Assembly (NCBI GenBank): GCA_036518635.1
Contig: DATDMT010000054.1
Location: forward strand, 1 to 61,097
Reading direction: 5' to 3'
Length of the DNA: 61,097 nt
From: Rhodocyclaceae bacterium
GTDB taxonomy: Bacteria > Pseudomonadota > Gammaproteobacteria > Burkholderiales > Rhodocyclaceae
How positions within the stretch are numbered: position 1 is the stretch's first letter; each line of letters starts with the position of its first letter. The position numbers and the translations under genes were made by a program. The notes beneath the pieces were generated by a model. The model saw nothing but the letters and a program-made list of their open reading frames with translations. It ran no database searches and had not been told where the DNA came from. This document shows, piece after piece, positions 47,804 through 57,542 of the stretch.

Positions 47804-48604
47804 ATGGCGCTGACCATAGACAGTTGCGTTGCGACGCATATCGGGGATCGCGAGGAGCAGCAGGATCGCGTCGCGATGTTCGGCCACCCGCGTTATCCGG
47901 GGGCGATGATGGCGGTTCTTGCCGACGGCATGGGCGGCCTCTCCGGCGGCGCCATCGCCGCCGAGCAGGTGATGAACTCGGCCAAATACGACTTCGAGAG
48001 CTTCGGCCCCGGCGGCGACGTACGCAATCTGCTGGCCGCGGTGATCAACGACAGCCACGAATCCATCAAGCTCGCCGCGGTCACCAGCGGCACCGAGCCC
48101 CACAGCACCGTCTGCGTCTTCGTCATGCAGCCCGGCCGCGCCGACTGGGCGCATTGTGGCGACTCGCGCATCTATCACTTCCGCGCCGGCAAGCTCATTG
48201 CTCGCACCGTGGACCATTCCATGGTCATGCGCAAGATGGTGGTTCCGGGCTACCTCACCGAAGAGCAGGCCGAGGCCCATCCCAACAAGAACCTGCTGAT
48301 TTCCTGCCTCGGTGACCCGGCGCCGCCGGAGATCGATTTCGCCGAGGCGGCCCCCCTCGAAGCGCAGGACTGCTTCTTGCTGTGCTCTGATGGACTGTGG
48401 GCTTACTTCAAGAACGAGGAACTGGGAGCAATCCTCGCCGACAACCCGCCGCGCCAAGCCGCCCAAATCCTCATGGAGGGCGCGCGGACGCGGGCCAAGG
48501 GCCGTGGCGACAACTGTTCCCTTGCGGTGATCAAGGTCTCCGAGGTCGAGACGCCGAAGAAAAAAATCCTGGGTTCTGGGGTGGCACGCAAGTCCGCTGC
48601 TTAG
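47804..48604 (+). CDS. PP2C-family Ser/Thr protein phosphatase
   Basis: Contains THIGDREEQQDRV, AVLADGMGGLSGG, CGDSRIY, LLCSDGLW and DNCSLAVI, i.e. the PPM motifs. Confidence 0.85.
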   Translation: MALTIDSCVATHIGDREEQQDRVAMFGHPRYPGAMMAVLADGMGGLSGGAIAAEQVMNSAKYDFESFGPGGDVRNLLAAVINDSHESIKLAAVTSGTEPHSTVCVFVMQPGRADWAHCGDSRIYHFRAGKLIARTVDHSMVMRKMVVPGYLTEEQAEAHPNKNLLISCLGDPAPPEIDFAEAAPLEAQDCFLLCSDGLWAYFKNEELGAILADNPPRQAAQILMEGARTRAKGRGDNCSLAVIKVSEVETPKKKILGSGVARKSAA

Positions 48605-48709
48605 TCGCTGTGTAGCATCTGCTACAACCACAGTAGGATTTCACTCGCTGGTGGGTGGTAAGCCGCTTTCCATCGAGCAGAACAACATGATTGCCCAAGG
48701 AGAATGGAT

Positions 48710-49834
48710 ATGCCTCTGATCATCGGGGTGCAGCGGGAGACTGTCGCCGGCGAAACCCGCGTGGCGACGGTGCCCGAGGTGGTGAAGAAGTTCAAGGCGC
48801 TGGGGGCTGAGTTCTGCATTGAGCAGGGCGCGGGTCTCGCCAGCCATTTCACCGACGAGACCTTCGGCGCCGAGATCGCGCCCAGCGCCGCTGCCGTGCT
48901 GCAAAAGGCCGCTGTCATGTTCTGCGTGCAGCCGCCCAGCGTCGATCAGATCCAGGCGATGCCCCCGGGCACCCTGCTGCTCGGCTATCTCGCCCCCTAT
49001 TCCAGCAAGGAACGCATCGCTGCCCTCAAGGCGAAGAACATCACCAGCTTCGCGGTGGAGCTGATTCCCCGCATCTCCCGCGCTCAGAGCATGGACTCCC
49101 TGTCCAGCCAGGCCGCCGTGGCCGGCTATCTGACGGTGCTGATCGCTGCCAACGCCTGCCCCAAGTTCTTCCCCATGCTCACCTACGCCGCCGGCACCAT
49201 ACGTCCGGCGCGGGTGCTGGTGATCGGCGCCGGCGTCGCCGGCCTGCAGGCCATCGCCACCGCCAAGCGCCTCGGCGCCATCGTCGAGGGCTATGACGTG
49301 CGCCCCGAGACCAAGGAGCAGATCGAATCCCTCGGCGCCAAGTTCGTCGATACCGGCGTTTCCGCCGCCGGCACCGGCGGTTATGCCCGGGAGTTGAGCG
49401 ACGAGGAAAAGGCGCAGCAGGCGGTCAAGCTCGGCAAGGCCGTGGCGGGCTGCGACGTGCTGATCACCACCGCCGCCATCCCCGGCAAGAAGAGCCCGCT
49501 GATCATCAGCGCCGAGATGATCGCCGGCATGAAGCAGGGCGCCATCGTCGTGGACATGGCCGCCGAGGGCGGCGGCAATTGCGCCGGCACGGTGGCCAAC
49601 GAAACCGTCACGGTGGGCCCGGCCACCATCATCGGCCCGGTGAACCTGCCAGCGCGGATGCCGGTGCATGCCTCCGAGATGTACGCCAAGAATCTCTACA
49701 ACTTCCTCTCGCCCTTCATCAAGGAAGGCACGCTGACCCTCGATTGGGACGACGACATCATCAAGGGTGCCTGCTTGACCCGCGACGGCCAGTTCGTGCA
49801 CGAAGGCGTCAAGAAAATCCTCGGCGAGGTCTAA
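48710..49834 (+). CDS. pntAA: NAD(P) transhydrogenase subunit alpha part 1 (PntAA)
   Basis: Starts MPLIIGVQRETVAGETRVA. Rossmann motif VLVIGAGVAGLQAIATAKRLGA. The second in-frame ATG was chosen because AAGGAG lies 8 nt upstream; ATG 48704 is the alternative. Confidence 0.9.
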   Translation: MPLIIGVQRETVAGETRVATVPEVVKKFKALGAEFCIEQGAGLASHFTDETFGAEIAPSAAAVLQKAAVMFCVQPPSVDQIQAMPPGTLLLGYLAPYSSKERIAALKAKNITSFAVELIPRISRAQSMDSLSSQAAVAGYLTVLIAANACPKFFPMLTYAAGTIRPARVLVIGAGVAGLQAIATAKRLGAIVEGYDVRPETKEQIESLGAKFVDTGVSAAGTGGYARELSDEEKAQQAVKLGKAVAGCDVLITTAAIPGKKSPLIISAEMIAGMKQGAIVVDMAAEGGGNCAGTVANETVTVGPATIIGPVNLPARMPVHASEMYAKNLYNFLSPFIKEGTLTLDWDDDIIKGACLTRDGQFVHEGVKKILGEV

Positions 49835-49844
49835 AGGAAACGTC

Positions 49845-50132
49845 ATGGAAAACTTCATCTACATTTATATCTTCATGCTCGCCGCCTTCACCGGCTACGA
49901 GGTCATCGCTCGGGTGCCGGTGATCCTGCACACGCCGCTGATGTCCGGCTCCAACTTCGTGCACGGCGTGGTGCTGGTGGGGGCCATGGTGGCCCTGGGC
50001 CATGCCGACCCGAGCGATCCGCTGCAATTGGCCATCGGCTTCTTCGCCGTGTTGCTGGGGGCGGCCAATGCCGCCGGCGGCTACGTGGTGACCGAGCGCA
50101 TGCTGGCCATGTTCAAGTCCGACAAGAAGTGA
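49845..50132 (+). CDS. pntAB: NAD(P) transhydrogenase subunit alpha part 2 (PntAB, membrane)
   Basis: 95 aa, 3 TM. Contains TPLMSGSNFVHGVVLVGA. Confidence 0.9.
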   Translation: MENFIYIYIFMLAAFTGYEVIARVPVILHTPLMSGSNFVHGVVLVGAMVALGHADPSDPLQLAIGFFAVLLGAANAAGGYVVTERMLAMFKSDKK

Positions 50133-50139
50133 GCGCGCC

Positions 50140-51516
50140 ATGACCATTGAATTCCTGATCCAGGCCTCCTACTTCGTCGTCGCCGTCCTCTTCATCCTCG
50201 GCCTCAAGGCCATGTCCTCGCCGGTCACGGCGAAGAAGGGCATCCTCTGGGCCGGCGTCGGCATGGTGCTGGCCACCTTGATCACCTTCGCCACGCCGCA
50301 GATGGCCAACTACCTGCTGATGATCGTCGCCATCGTCATCGGCGGCGCCGTCGCCTGGTGGGCCGGCAAGGTGGTCAAGATGACCGACATGCCGCAGATG
50401 GTGGCGATCTACAACGGCATGGGCGGCGGTGCCGCCGCTGCCATCGCCGCCCTCGAGTTCGCCAAGGGCAGTCATCACGACGCCATCACCACCACCCTGG
50501 CGGTGGCCGGCGCGCTGATCGGCTCGGTGGCCTTCTCCGGCTCCTGCATCGCTTTCGCCAAGCTGCAGGGCATCATGAAAAAGGCCCACCGTCTGCCGGC
50601 GCAGAACGCGGTGAATGTGATCCTGGCCGGCATCGTCCTGCTGCTCGGCGCCTCCATCGTCGCCTCGGGTCACCCCTCCAACGGCGGCCTGCTGACTTTC
50701 TTCGTCCTCGCCCTGGCGCTGGGTGCGGTACTCACCAGCCCGATCGGCGGCGCCGACATGCCGGTGGTGATCTCCCTGCTGAACGCCTTCACCGGCCTGG
50801 CGGTCGGCTTCGAGGGCTATGTGCTGCACAACCCCAGTCTGATCATCGCCGGCATCGTCGTCGGCGCCTCCGGCACCCTGCTGACCCAGTTGATGGCCAA
50901 GGCCATGAACCGGCCGATCAGCAACGTGTTGTTCACCCCGATCACCGGCGAGGCCCAGGGCGGCGAAGGCATCACCGGCACCATGAAGGAAGCCTCGGCC
51001 AACGACGCGGCGGCGATGATGCGCTATGCGCAGAAGGTGATCATCGTCCCCGGCTACGGCATGGCGGTGGCGGGTGCCCAGCACAAGGTCTGGGAGATGG
51101 CCAAGCTGCTGCAGGAGGCGGGCGTCGAGGTCAAGTTCGCCATCCATCCGGTGGCGGGCCGCATGCCGGGCCACATGAACGTGCTGCTGGCGGAAGCCGG
51201 CGTGCCCTATGACATCATCTTCGACCTGGAAGAGATCAACGAGGAATTCGCCACCGCCGACGTGGCCCTGGTGATCGGCGCCAACGACGTGGTGAACCCG
51301 GTGGCGCGGACCGACAAGTCCAGCCCGATCTACGGCATGCCGATCCTCAATGCCGACCGCGCGATGAACGTGATCGTCAACAAGCGCGGCAAGGGCACCG
51401 GCTACTCCGGCGTCGAGAACGCGCTGTTCTACGGCGAGAACACCCGCATGCTCTACGGCTCGGCGCAGCAGGCCATCGCCGAGGTGATCGCCAACGTCAA
51501 GGCTATGCAAGGCTGA
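50140..51516 (+). CDS. pntB: NAD(P) transhydrogenase subunit beta (PntB)
   Basis: 458 aa. Polytopic N-terminus, then the dIII domain VIIVPGYGMAVAGAQH...FAIHPVAGRMPGHMNVLLAEA...IGANDVVNP. Confidence 0.95.
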   Translation: MTIEFLIQASYFVVAVLFILGLKAMSSPVTAKKGILWAGVGMVLATLITFATPQMANYLLMIVAIVIGGAVAWWAGKVVKMTDMPQMVAIYNGMGGGAAAAIAALEFAKGSHHDAITTTLAVAGALIGSVAFSGSCIAFAKLQGIMKKAHRLPAQNAVNVILAGIVLLLGASIVASGHPSNGGLLTFFVLALALGAVLTSPIGGADMPVVISLLNAFTGLAVGFEGYVLHNPSLIIAGIVVGASGTLLTQLMAKAMNRPISNVLFTPITGEAQGGEGITGTMKEASANDAAAMMRYAQKVIIVPGYGMAVAGAQHKVWEMAKLLQEAGVEVKFAIHPVAGRMPGHMNVLLAEAGVPYDIIFDLEEINEEFATADVALVIGANDVVNPVARTDKSSPIYGMPILNADRAMNVIVNKRGKGTGYSGVENALFYGENTRMLYGSAQQAIAEVIANVKAMQG

Positions 51517-51707
51517 TATTGCCTGTCGGGTTTCCGTCACAACCTGCGGCGGATGACAGGGCTATACTCGGAACATTGCAATCTAATGTTTCTGCCCCTT
51601 CGTCATCCGCAGTTGGTGGCGGAGTGCGCGCCCCGGTAAATCGCGCAGGGTGAGTGTCGAGCGGTGGCCTGCCCGGCATCTGCCGATGCATCCGGGGACT
51701 TTGCCGC

Positions 51708-54683
51708 ATGGTCCCTATGAGCCACCCCGACTTGTCGTCATTGCTGGGCGAAAACGCATCCGCGGAACAGTTGCTGGAACGCTTCAGCCTGCTGGCGGAG
51801 AACCTGCCGGCGAGCTTCTGGCTGATCGACGTGGCGGGGCGCCGGGTGGTGTATGCCAATCCGGCCTACGACACGCTCTGGGGCGCCAGCCGGGAAGAGT
51901 TGTTCCGCGACCGCTTCTCCTGGCTCGAACATGTCCATCCCGAGGACCGCGAGCGTCTGCGCCTGGCGGTCTCGCGTCAGCGCTACGGCGGGCTCGACGA
52001 GCAGATGCGGATTCTGCGTCCGGACGGGCAGGTGCGCTGGCTGCATCTGCGCAGCTTTGCCGTCGGTAGCGGCGAGCGTCCGCACAGCGTCGGCGGCATG
52101 GCCTTCGACGTCACGCCGCTGGTCGAGCACCGGCTGGCGCTGGATGCGGAAAAGGCTGCCCTGCAACGCACCGCCGACCTGCAGGCCGGCATCCTCGATG
52201 CCGTTGCGGCCAACGTCGCCATCGTCGATCCGGACGGGGTGATCATCGCGGTCAATGCGCAATGGCGCCGTTTCGCCGAGGACAACGGCTGTCTGAACGA
52301 CAGCGCCTGGGTCGGCAGCAACTACTTCGACGTCTGCAGTCACGCCGCCGCCATGGGCGAGCAGACCGCCGAGCAGGTGGGCGCCGGCCTGCGCCAGATC
52401 ATGGATGGCTTGGAGACCGGCTTCACCCTGACCTACCCGTGCAACTCGCCGGACAAGCAGCGCTGGTTCCAGTTGATGATCAGCTCCCTGCGCGGTGCCT
52501 CGCGCGGTGCGGTGGTGATGCATCTCGACGTCAGCGCCTCGGTCCAGGCGGAAGCCAAGATCAAGCACCTGGCGCATTTCGACGGCGTCACCGGCCTGCC
52601 CAACCGCCCCCAGTTCATCGAGCGCTTCCGCGAGTGGCTGGCCCACGGCGAACGCCATGAGCACCGGGTGACGGTGTTCTTCGTCGCCATCGACAACTTC
52701 AAAGCCATCAACGATGCCTGGGGTTACGCGGCCGGCGACCATATGCTGCAGGTGTTCAGCGAGCGCCTGCGCAGCACCTTTCGCCCCACCGATGTGGTCG
52801 GCCGCCTCGGCGGCGACTGCTTCGGCGTGGTGCTGGCGGAGGACGGTGGGATCGACGAGATATCCCATGCCGCCCGCCGGGTGCTCGACCTTGCGGCGCT
52901 GCCGGTGCCGATGGAAAACGAAACCCTGCATCCCACCGCCAGCATCGGCATCGCGCTGTTTCCCCAGGACGGCACCGATGCCGATCATCTGCTGCAGGGT
53001 GCCGAAACCGCCCTGTTCCGCGCCCGCGAGAAGGGCCGCAACACCTACGAGTTCGCCGAAGCCGCCCTCAACGAGCGGGTACGCTTCCGCCAGAAGCTCG
53101 AAGTCGAGTTGCGCCGCGCCCTGGCGCAGGATGAGTTCGTGCTGCACTTCCAGCCCAAGACCAGTTGCCGCAGCGGCAACATCGTCGGCGCCGAAGTCCT
53201 GCTGCGCTGGCATCACCCGCAGCGCGGCCTGCTGCCGCCGGGAGACTTCATTCCGGTGCTGGAGGATTCGGGGCTGATCGTCCCGGTCGGCGCCTGGGTG
53301 CTCAAGGCCGCCTGTGCCCAAGCGGCGGCCTGGATGAATGAGGGCCTGCAATGCGTCCCGCTGGCGGTGAACCTGTCAGCCCGCCAGTTGCGCGGCGACG
53401 GCATCGTCGAGCTGGTGCGCGAGGTGCTGGCCGCCAGCGGGGTGCCGCCGCACCTGCTGGAACTGGAACTGACCGAGAGCATGCTGATGGAGAACGTGGA
53501 CAGCATCATTCCCACCCTGCAGGCCTTGAAGGCACTCGGCGTGCGCCTGTCGGTGGACGATTTCGGCACCGGCTATTCCAGCCTGTCCTATCTCAAGCAG
53601 TTCCCGCTGGACGCGCTGAAGGTGGACCGTTCCTTCGTCCAGGACATCACCGCCGATCCCAACGACGCCTCGATCACCCGCGCCATCATCACCATGGCCC
53701 ACGCCCTGAAACTCAAGGTGATCGCCGAGGGCGTCGAGACCGAGGGCCAACTGGGCCTGCTGATCGCCAACCACTGCGACGAAATCCAGGGCTACTACTT
53801 CAGCCGCCCGGTGGCCGCCGCCGGGATGCAGCAGATGCTCAAGGACGACAGCCGCCTGCCCGAGCATCTGCTGCGCGTCGGCGAGCGCCAGCGCACCTTG
53901 CTGCTGGTGGACGACGAGGAAAACATCCTCGCCGCGATGAAGCGCCTGTTGCGGCGCGAAGGCTACTCCATCCTCACCGCCAACAGCGGCGCCGAAGGCC
54001 TCGAGGTGCTGGCCCGGAACGAGGTGGACGTGATCCTCTCCGACCAGCGCATGCCGGGCATGACCGGGGTCGAATTCCTGCGCCGGGCCAAGGACCTGTA
54101 TCCGAACACCGTGCGCGTCGTCCTCTCCGGCTACACCGAGCTGCAATCGGTCACCAGCGCCATCAACGAAGGCGCCATCTACAAATTCCTCACCAAGCCC
54201 TGGGACGACGACCAGCTCCGCGCCAACATCGCCGAAGCCTTCCGCCGCAAGGATTTGGGCGACGAGAACCGGCGCCTGGCCGAGGAAATCCGCATCGCCA
54301 ACCACGAGCTGGCCGAGGCCAATATCCAGCTCAAGGGTTTGCTGGGAGAAAAGCAGCAGCAGATCGTGCACAACGAAACCGCCCTGGAAATCCTCCACGA
54401 GGTGCTGCAACTGCTGCCTTGGCCGTTGGTCGGAGTGGACGACCAGGGCATGATCGCCAGCGTCAACGACGCGGCGGAGAAAGTGCTCGGCTCCCTCGAC
54501 ATGCTGCTCGGCATGCCCGCCGTCGGCCGGCTGCCGGATGCGCTGATCGAGCTGATGCGGGGTGGTAACGCCTCGATGGTGCCGCTGGCCGTCGCCGGCA
54601 CCCGCTACCGCGCCCTGTGCCGGCAGATGGGCCTGGCCTCCAGCAGCCGCGGCCGGGTGCTGATTCTGTTGCCGGAGGAATAA
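51708..54683 (+). CDS. multidomain c-di-GMP protein: PAS-PAS-GGDEF(degenerate GGDCF)-EAL-REC plus coiled-coil/PAS-like C-terminal domain
   Basis: First ATG within track ORF 51654..54683. GGDEF-site sequence RLGGDCFGVVL. EAL motifs EVLLRW, ELTES, DDFGTGYSSL and QGYYFSRP. REC LLLVDDEENIL...VILSDQRMPGMTG...TKPW. Confidence 0.85.
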   Translation: MVPMSHPDLSSLLGENASAEQLLERFSLLAENLPASFWLIDVAGRRVVYANPAYDTLWGASREELFRDRFSWLEHVHPEDRERLRLAVSRQRYGGLDEQMRILRPDGQVRWLHLRSFAVGSGERPHSVGGMAFDVTPLVEHRLALDAEKAALQRTADLQAGILDAVAANVAIVDPDGVIIAVNAQWRRFAEDNGCLNDSAWVGSNYFDVCSHAAAMGEQTAEQVGAGLRQIMDGLETGFTLTYPCNSPDKQRWFQLMISSLRGASRGAVVMHLDVSASVQAEAKIKHLAHFDGVTGLPNRPQFIERFREWLAHGERHEHRVTVFFVAIDNFKAINDAWGYAAGDHMLQVFSERLRSTFRPTDVVGRLGGDCFGVVLAEDGGIDEISHAARRVLDLAALPVPMENETLHPTASIGIALFPQDGTDADHLLQGAETALFRAREKGRNTYEFAEAALNERVRFRQKLEVELRRALAQDEFVLHFQPKTSCRSGNIVGAEVLLRWHHPQRGLLPPGDFIPVLEDSGLIVPVGAWVLKAACAQAAAWMNEGLQCVPLAVNLSARQLRGDGIVELVREVLAASGVPPHLLELELTESMLMENVDSIIPTLQALKALGVRLSVDDFGTGYSSLSYLKQFPLDALKVDRSFVQDITADPNDASITRAIITMAHALKLKVIAEGVETEGQLGLLIANHCDEIQGYYFSRPVAAAGMQQMLKDDSRLPEHLLRVGERQRTLLLVDDEENILAAMKRLLRREGYSILTANSGAEGLEVLARNEVDVILSDQRMPGMTGVEFLRRAKDLYPNTVRVVLSGYTELQSVTSAINEGAIYKFLTKPWDDDQLRANIAEAFRRKDLGDENRRLAEEIRIANHELAEANIQLKGLLGEKQQQIVHNETALEILHEVLQLLPWPLVGVDDQGMIASVNDAAEKVLGSLDMLLGMPAVGRLPDALIELMRGGNASMVPLAVAGTRYRALCRQMGLASSSRGRVLILLPEE

Positions 54684-54686
54684 ATC

Positions 54687-54875
54687 ATGTCCGGACAGAC
54701 GCCGCCGCCAGATGCCGTCGTCGCCGCCCCGCTGGGCGAGGCCGACGACCGCGAAGCGCAGGTGCGCCAGCAGGTGGCCCACTTATTCCGCCATGCCGGC
54801 GACCACGCGGTGGTGGAGCGGCTGCGCGAGGTGGTGGTGGCCTACCGCATGGCCGCGCCAGAGGGGCGGCCATGA
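54687..54875 (+). CDS. hypothetical small protein (62 aa)
   Basis: GGAGGA lies 6 nt upstream of the ATG. High GC3. Starts 4 nt after the preceding stop, and its TGA overlaps the next ATG (ATGA). Confidence 0.5.
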   Translation: MSGQTPPPDAVVAAPLGEADDREAQVRQQVAHLFRHAGDHAVVERLREVVVAYRMAAPEGRP

Positions 54876-55723
54876 CCCCGCTCAACCCGGTATCCGAGGC
54901 CGCCCTGACTGCGCGCATCGAGCAGTTGCCGGCGCTGCCGACCATTGCCAACGAGCTGCTGGCCAGCTTCGACCAGGACGACATCGACGTGGATACCCTG
55001 GCCCGTCGCATCAGCAACGACCAGTCGCTGGCGGCGCACACCCTGCGTATCGCCAACTCGCCGTTCTACGGCCTCTCGGGCAAGGTCGGGGCGATTCCCG
55101 ATGCGATCGTGATCCTCGGCTTCCGCACCGTGCGTTCGCTGGTGCTGTCGGCGGCCATGGCCCAATCCCTGGGGCGGGTCGGCAACGGCGAGTTCGACTC
55201 GCATCGCTTCTGGCGCCACTCCACCAGCGTCGCCCTGTTTGCCCGCGGCATCGCCCGCCTGTGCCGGGAAAACCCGGAAGTCGCCTTCACCGCTGGGCTG
55301 ATCCACGACATGGGGCGGGTGCTGCTCGGTACCTGCTTCCCCGAGCAGTATCGCCAGGTGATCGACTGGCAGCGCGACCGCGACTGCCCGACGATGGAAG
55401 CCGAGCGTGCCGTGCTCGGGCTGGACCATTGCGTTGCCGGCGGCCTGTTGGCGCGCCGCTGGTGCTTGCCGGCGAACCTCGCCGGCGCCATCGCCCGCCA
55501 CCACCTGCCGGACGGCGACACCTGCCTGCGCCTGGCCGACGTTTGTCACTGGGCCGACGTCCTGGCCCATGCCCTGGCGCCCAATCCCGGGCCCCTCGGC
55601 GCGGTGCCGCCGGTGTCGGCGGACGCCTGGGAACGCCTGGGCCTGGACTGGGCGCAGGTGCCGCCGCTGCTGCAGGACGTGCAGCGCGACCTGGAGGAAA
55701 CCTGTCTTGCCTTTGCCGCCTGA
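54872..55723 (+). CDS. HDOD-domain protein
   Basis: Contains LPALPTIANELLASF, SLAAHTLRIANSPFYGLSGKVGAIPDAIVILGFRTVRSL, FTAGLIHDMGRVLL and LGLDHCVAGGLLARRW. Confidence 0.85.
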   Translation: MTPLNPVSEAALTARIEQLPALPTIANELLASFDQDDIDVDTLARRISNDQSLAAHTLRIANSPFYGLSGKVGAIPDAIVILGFRTVRSLVLSAAMAQSLGRVGNGEFDSHRFWRHSTSVALFARGIARLCRENPEVAFTAGLIHDMGRVLLGTCFPEQYRQVIDWQRDRDCPTMEAERAVLGLDHCVAGGLLARRWCLPANLAGAIARHHLPDGDTCLRLADVCHWADVLAHALAPNPGPLGAVPPVSADAWERLGLDWAQVPPLLQDVQRDLEETCLAFAA

Positions 55724-57542
55724 ACCGTCCGCCGCCCCGGGCGGGCGCCTGCCGCTGGACAGCGCCTGCCTGCAGAGCCTGATCGAGACCATCGGCGTCG
55801 GCATCCTGCTGCATCGGGTCGGCGTGACGCTGTATGCCAACGCGGCCTGGCAGGAAATTACCGGCTACAGCCGGGCCGAGTTGGCCGAGCTGTCCCTCGA
55901 ACAACTCGCCTTGCCGGCGTATCGCGACAAACTGCGCGGCCGCCAGCAGGATTTGCTGACCGGCCATGCCGCCGCCGGCCCCTGCGCGTTCGCCCTGCAG
56001 CACAAGAGCGGCCAAGTGCGCTGGCTGGAAATGAGCGCCCGCCTGACCCGCTTCGAGGACCAGCCGGCGATCCTCGCCACCCTGGTGGACGTTACCGCCC
56101 ACCGCGAGGCCGAGGCGCGGCTGGAACACATGGATCAGGTGCTGAGTCAGATTCTGCAGGGCGATCCGGTGCCCACCTTCGTCATCGACGGCGAGCATCG
56201 GGTGACCCACTGGAACGCCGCCTGCGAAGCCGTCACTGGCGTTGCCGCGGCCGACATCGTCGGTACCGCACGGGCGTGGACGGCGTTCTATGCGCGGGAG
56301 CGGCCGGTGATGGCGGATTTGATCGTCGACGGCCGAATCGAGCAGCTCGACGAGTTCTATCGCGGCGTCTATCGGCGCAGTGCGGTGATCGCCGGGGCCT
56401 ACGAGGCCGAGGCCTACTTTCCCCACTTTCACCCCGGCGGGCGCTGGCTGTACTTCACCGCCGCGCCGCTGCGCGATGGCCAGGGGCGGATCATCGGCGC
56501 CATCGAAACCCTGCAGGACGTCACCGCCCGCAAGACGTCCGAGGAATCCCTGCAGCGGGCCTACGACGAGTTGGAAACCCTGGTGCAGAGCCGCACCGAA
56601 CAGTTGGCCCTGGCCAAGGCGGAACTCGAGGCGGACGTCCGCCAGCGCAAGCTGTCGGAGGCCGAGCTGTTGCGGCGGAACGCCGACCTGACCGAACTCA
56701 ACAACAAGTTGCAGAGCGCCCAGGAGCAGTTGGTGCAGGCGGAAAAAATGGCTTCCATCGGCCAATTGGCGGCCGGCGTGGCCCACGAGATCAACAATCC
56801 GATCGGCTACGTGCTGTCCAACATCGGCGCCCTCGACGGCTATCTGCAGGACATCCTGGAAATCCTCGGCGCCTTCGAAACCGCCGCCGAGGCCCTGCCG
56901 GCGGATCATCCGGCCCTGGCGGCGGCACGCCAACTGCGGCAGCGGCACGATCTCCCCTTCATCCAGGAGGATGCGGCCAAGCTGATGCTGGAAACCCGCG
57001 AGGGCATCGACCGGGTGCGCAAGATCGTTGCCGACCTGAAGGATTTTTCGCGCATCGACACCAGCCAGGAATGGCAATGGGCCGACCTGCACCAGGGCCT
57101 CGACAGCACCCTCAACATCGTCAACAACGAGCTCAAGTACAAGGCCGACGTGGTGCGCCAATACGGCGACCTGCCGCATGTCGAGTGCCTGCCGTCGCAG
57201 CTCAACCAGGTGTTCATGAACCTGCTGGTGAACGCCGCCCACGCCATCGGCGCGGAACGTGGCACGATCACCATCCGTAGCGAACGCCTGGGGAGCGAGG
57301 TGGTGGTGGAAATATCCGATACCGGCAGCGGTATTCCGGCGGAAAACCTGACGCGGATTTTCGATCCGTTTTTCACCACCAAGCCGATCGGCCAGGGCAC
57401 CGGCCTCGGCTTGTCGCTCTCCTACGGCATCATCCAGAAACACAACGGGCACATCGACGTGCACAGCGAATTAGGCCGCGGCACGAGCTTCCGCATCGTG
57501 CTGCCGATCCAGCAACGACCGGACGAGGACTCACCATCATGA
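55707..57542 (+). CDS. cytoplasmic PAS-PAS sensor histidine kinase
   Basis: TTG start lies 8 nt after GGAGGA; the start is uncertain because there is no early in-frame ATG. H-box AAGVAHEINNPIGYV. Motifs NLLVNAAHAI, DTGSGI and GTGLGLS. Confidence 0.8.
   Translation: MPLPPEPSAAPGGRLPLDSACLQSLIETIGVGILLHRVGVTLYANAAWQEITGYSRAELAELSLEQLALPAYRDKLRGRQQDLLTGHAAAGPCAFALQHKSGQVRWLEMSARLTRFEDQPAILATLVDVTAHREAEARLEHMDQVLSQILQGDPVPTFVIDGEHRVTHWNAACEAVTGVAAADIVGTARAWTAFYARERPVMADLIVDGRIEQLDEFYRGVYRRSAVIAGAYEAEAYFPHFHPGGRWLYFTAAPLRDGQGRIIGAIETLQDVTARKTSEESLQRAYDELETLVQSRTEQLALAKAELEADVRQRKLSEAELLRRNADLTELNNKLQSAQEQLVQAEKMASIGQLAAGVAHEINNPIGYVLSNIGALDGYLQDILEILGAFETAAEALPADHPALAAARQLRQRHDLPFIQEDAAKLMLETREGIDRVRKIVADLKDFSRIDTSQEWQWADLHQGLDSTLNIVNNELKYKADVVRQYGDLPHVECLPSQLNQVFMNLLVNAAHAIGAERGTITIRSERLGSEVVVEISDTGSGIPAENLTRIFDPFFTTKPIGQGTGLGLSLSYGIIQKHNGHIDVHSELGRGTSFRIVLPIQQRPDEDSPS

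Noticed and set aside
48611-48626. Palindrome TGTAGCA-TC-TGCTACA between the PP2C phosphatase stop and pntAA.
   Set aside because: It may be an operator or part of a weak terminator, but it is a single 7-bp palindrome with no supporting context. It is noted only.
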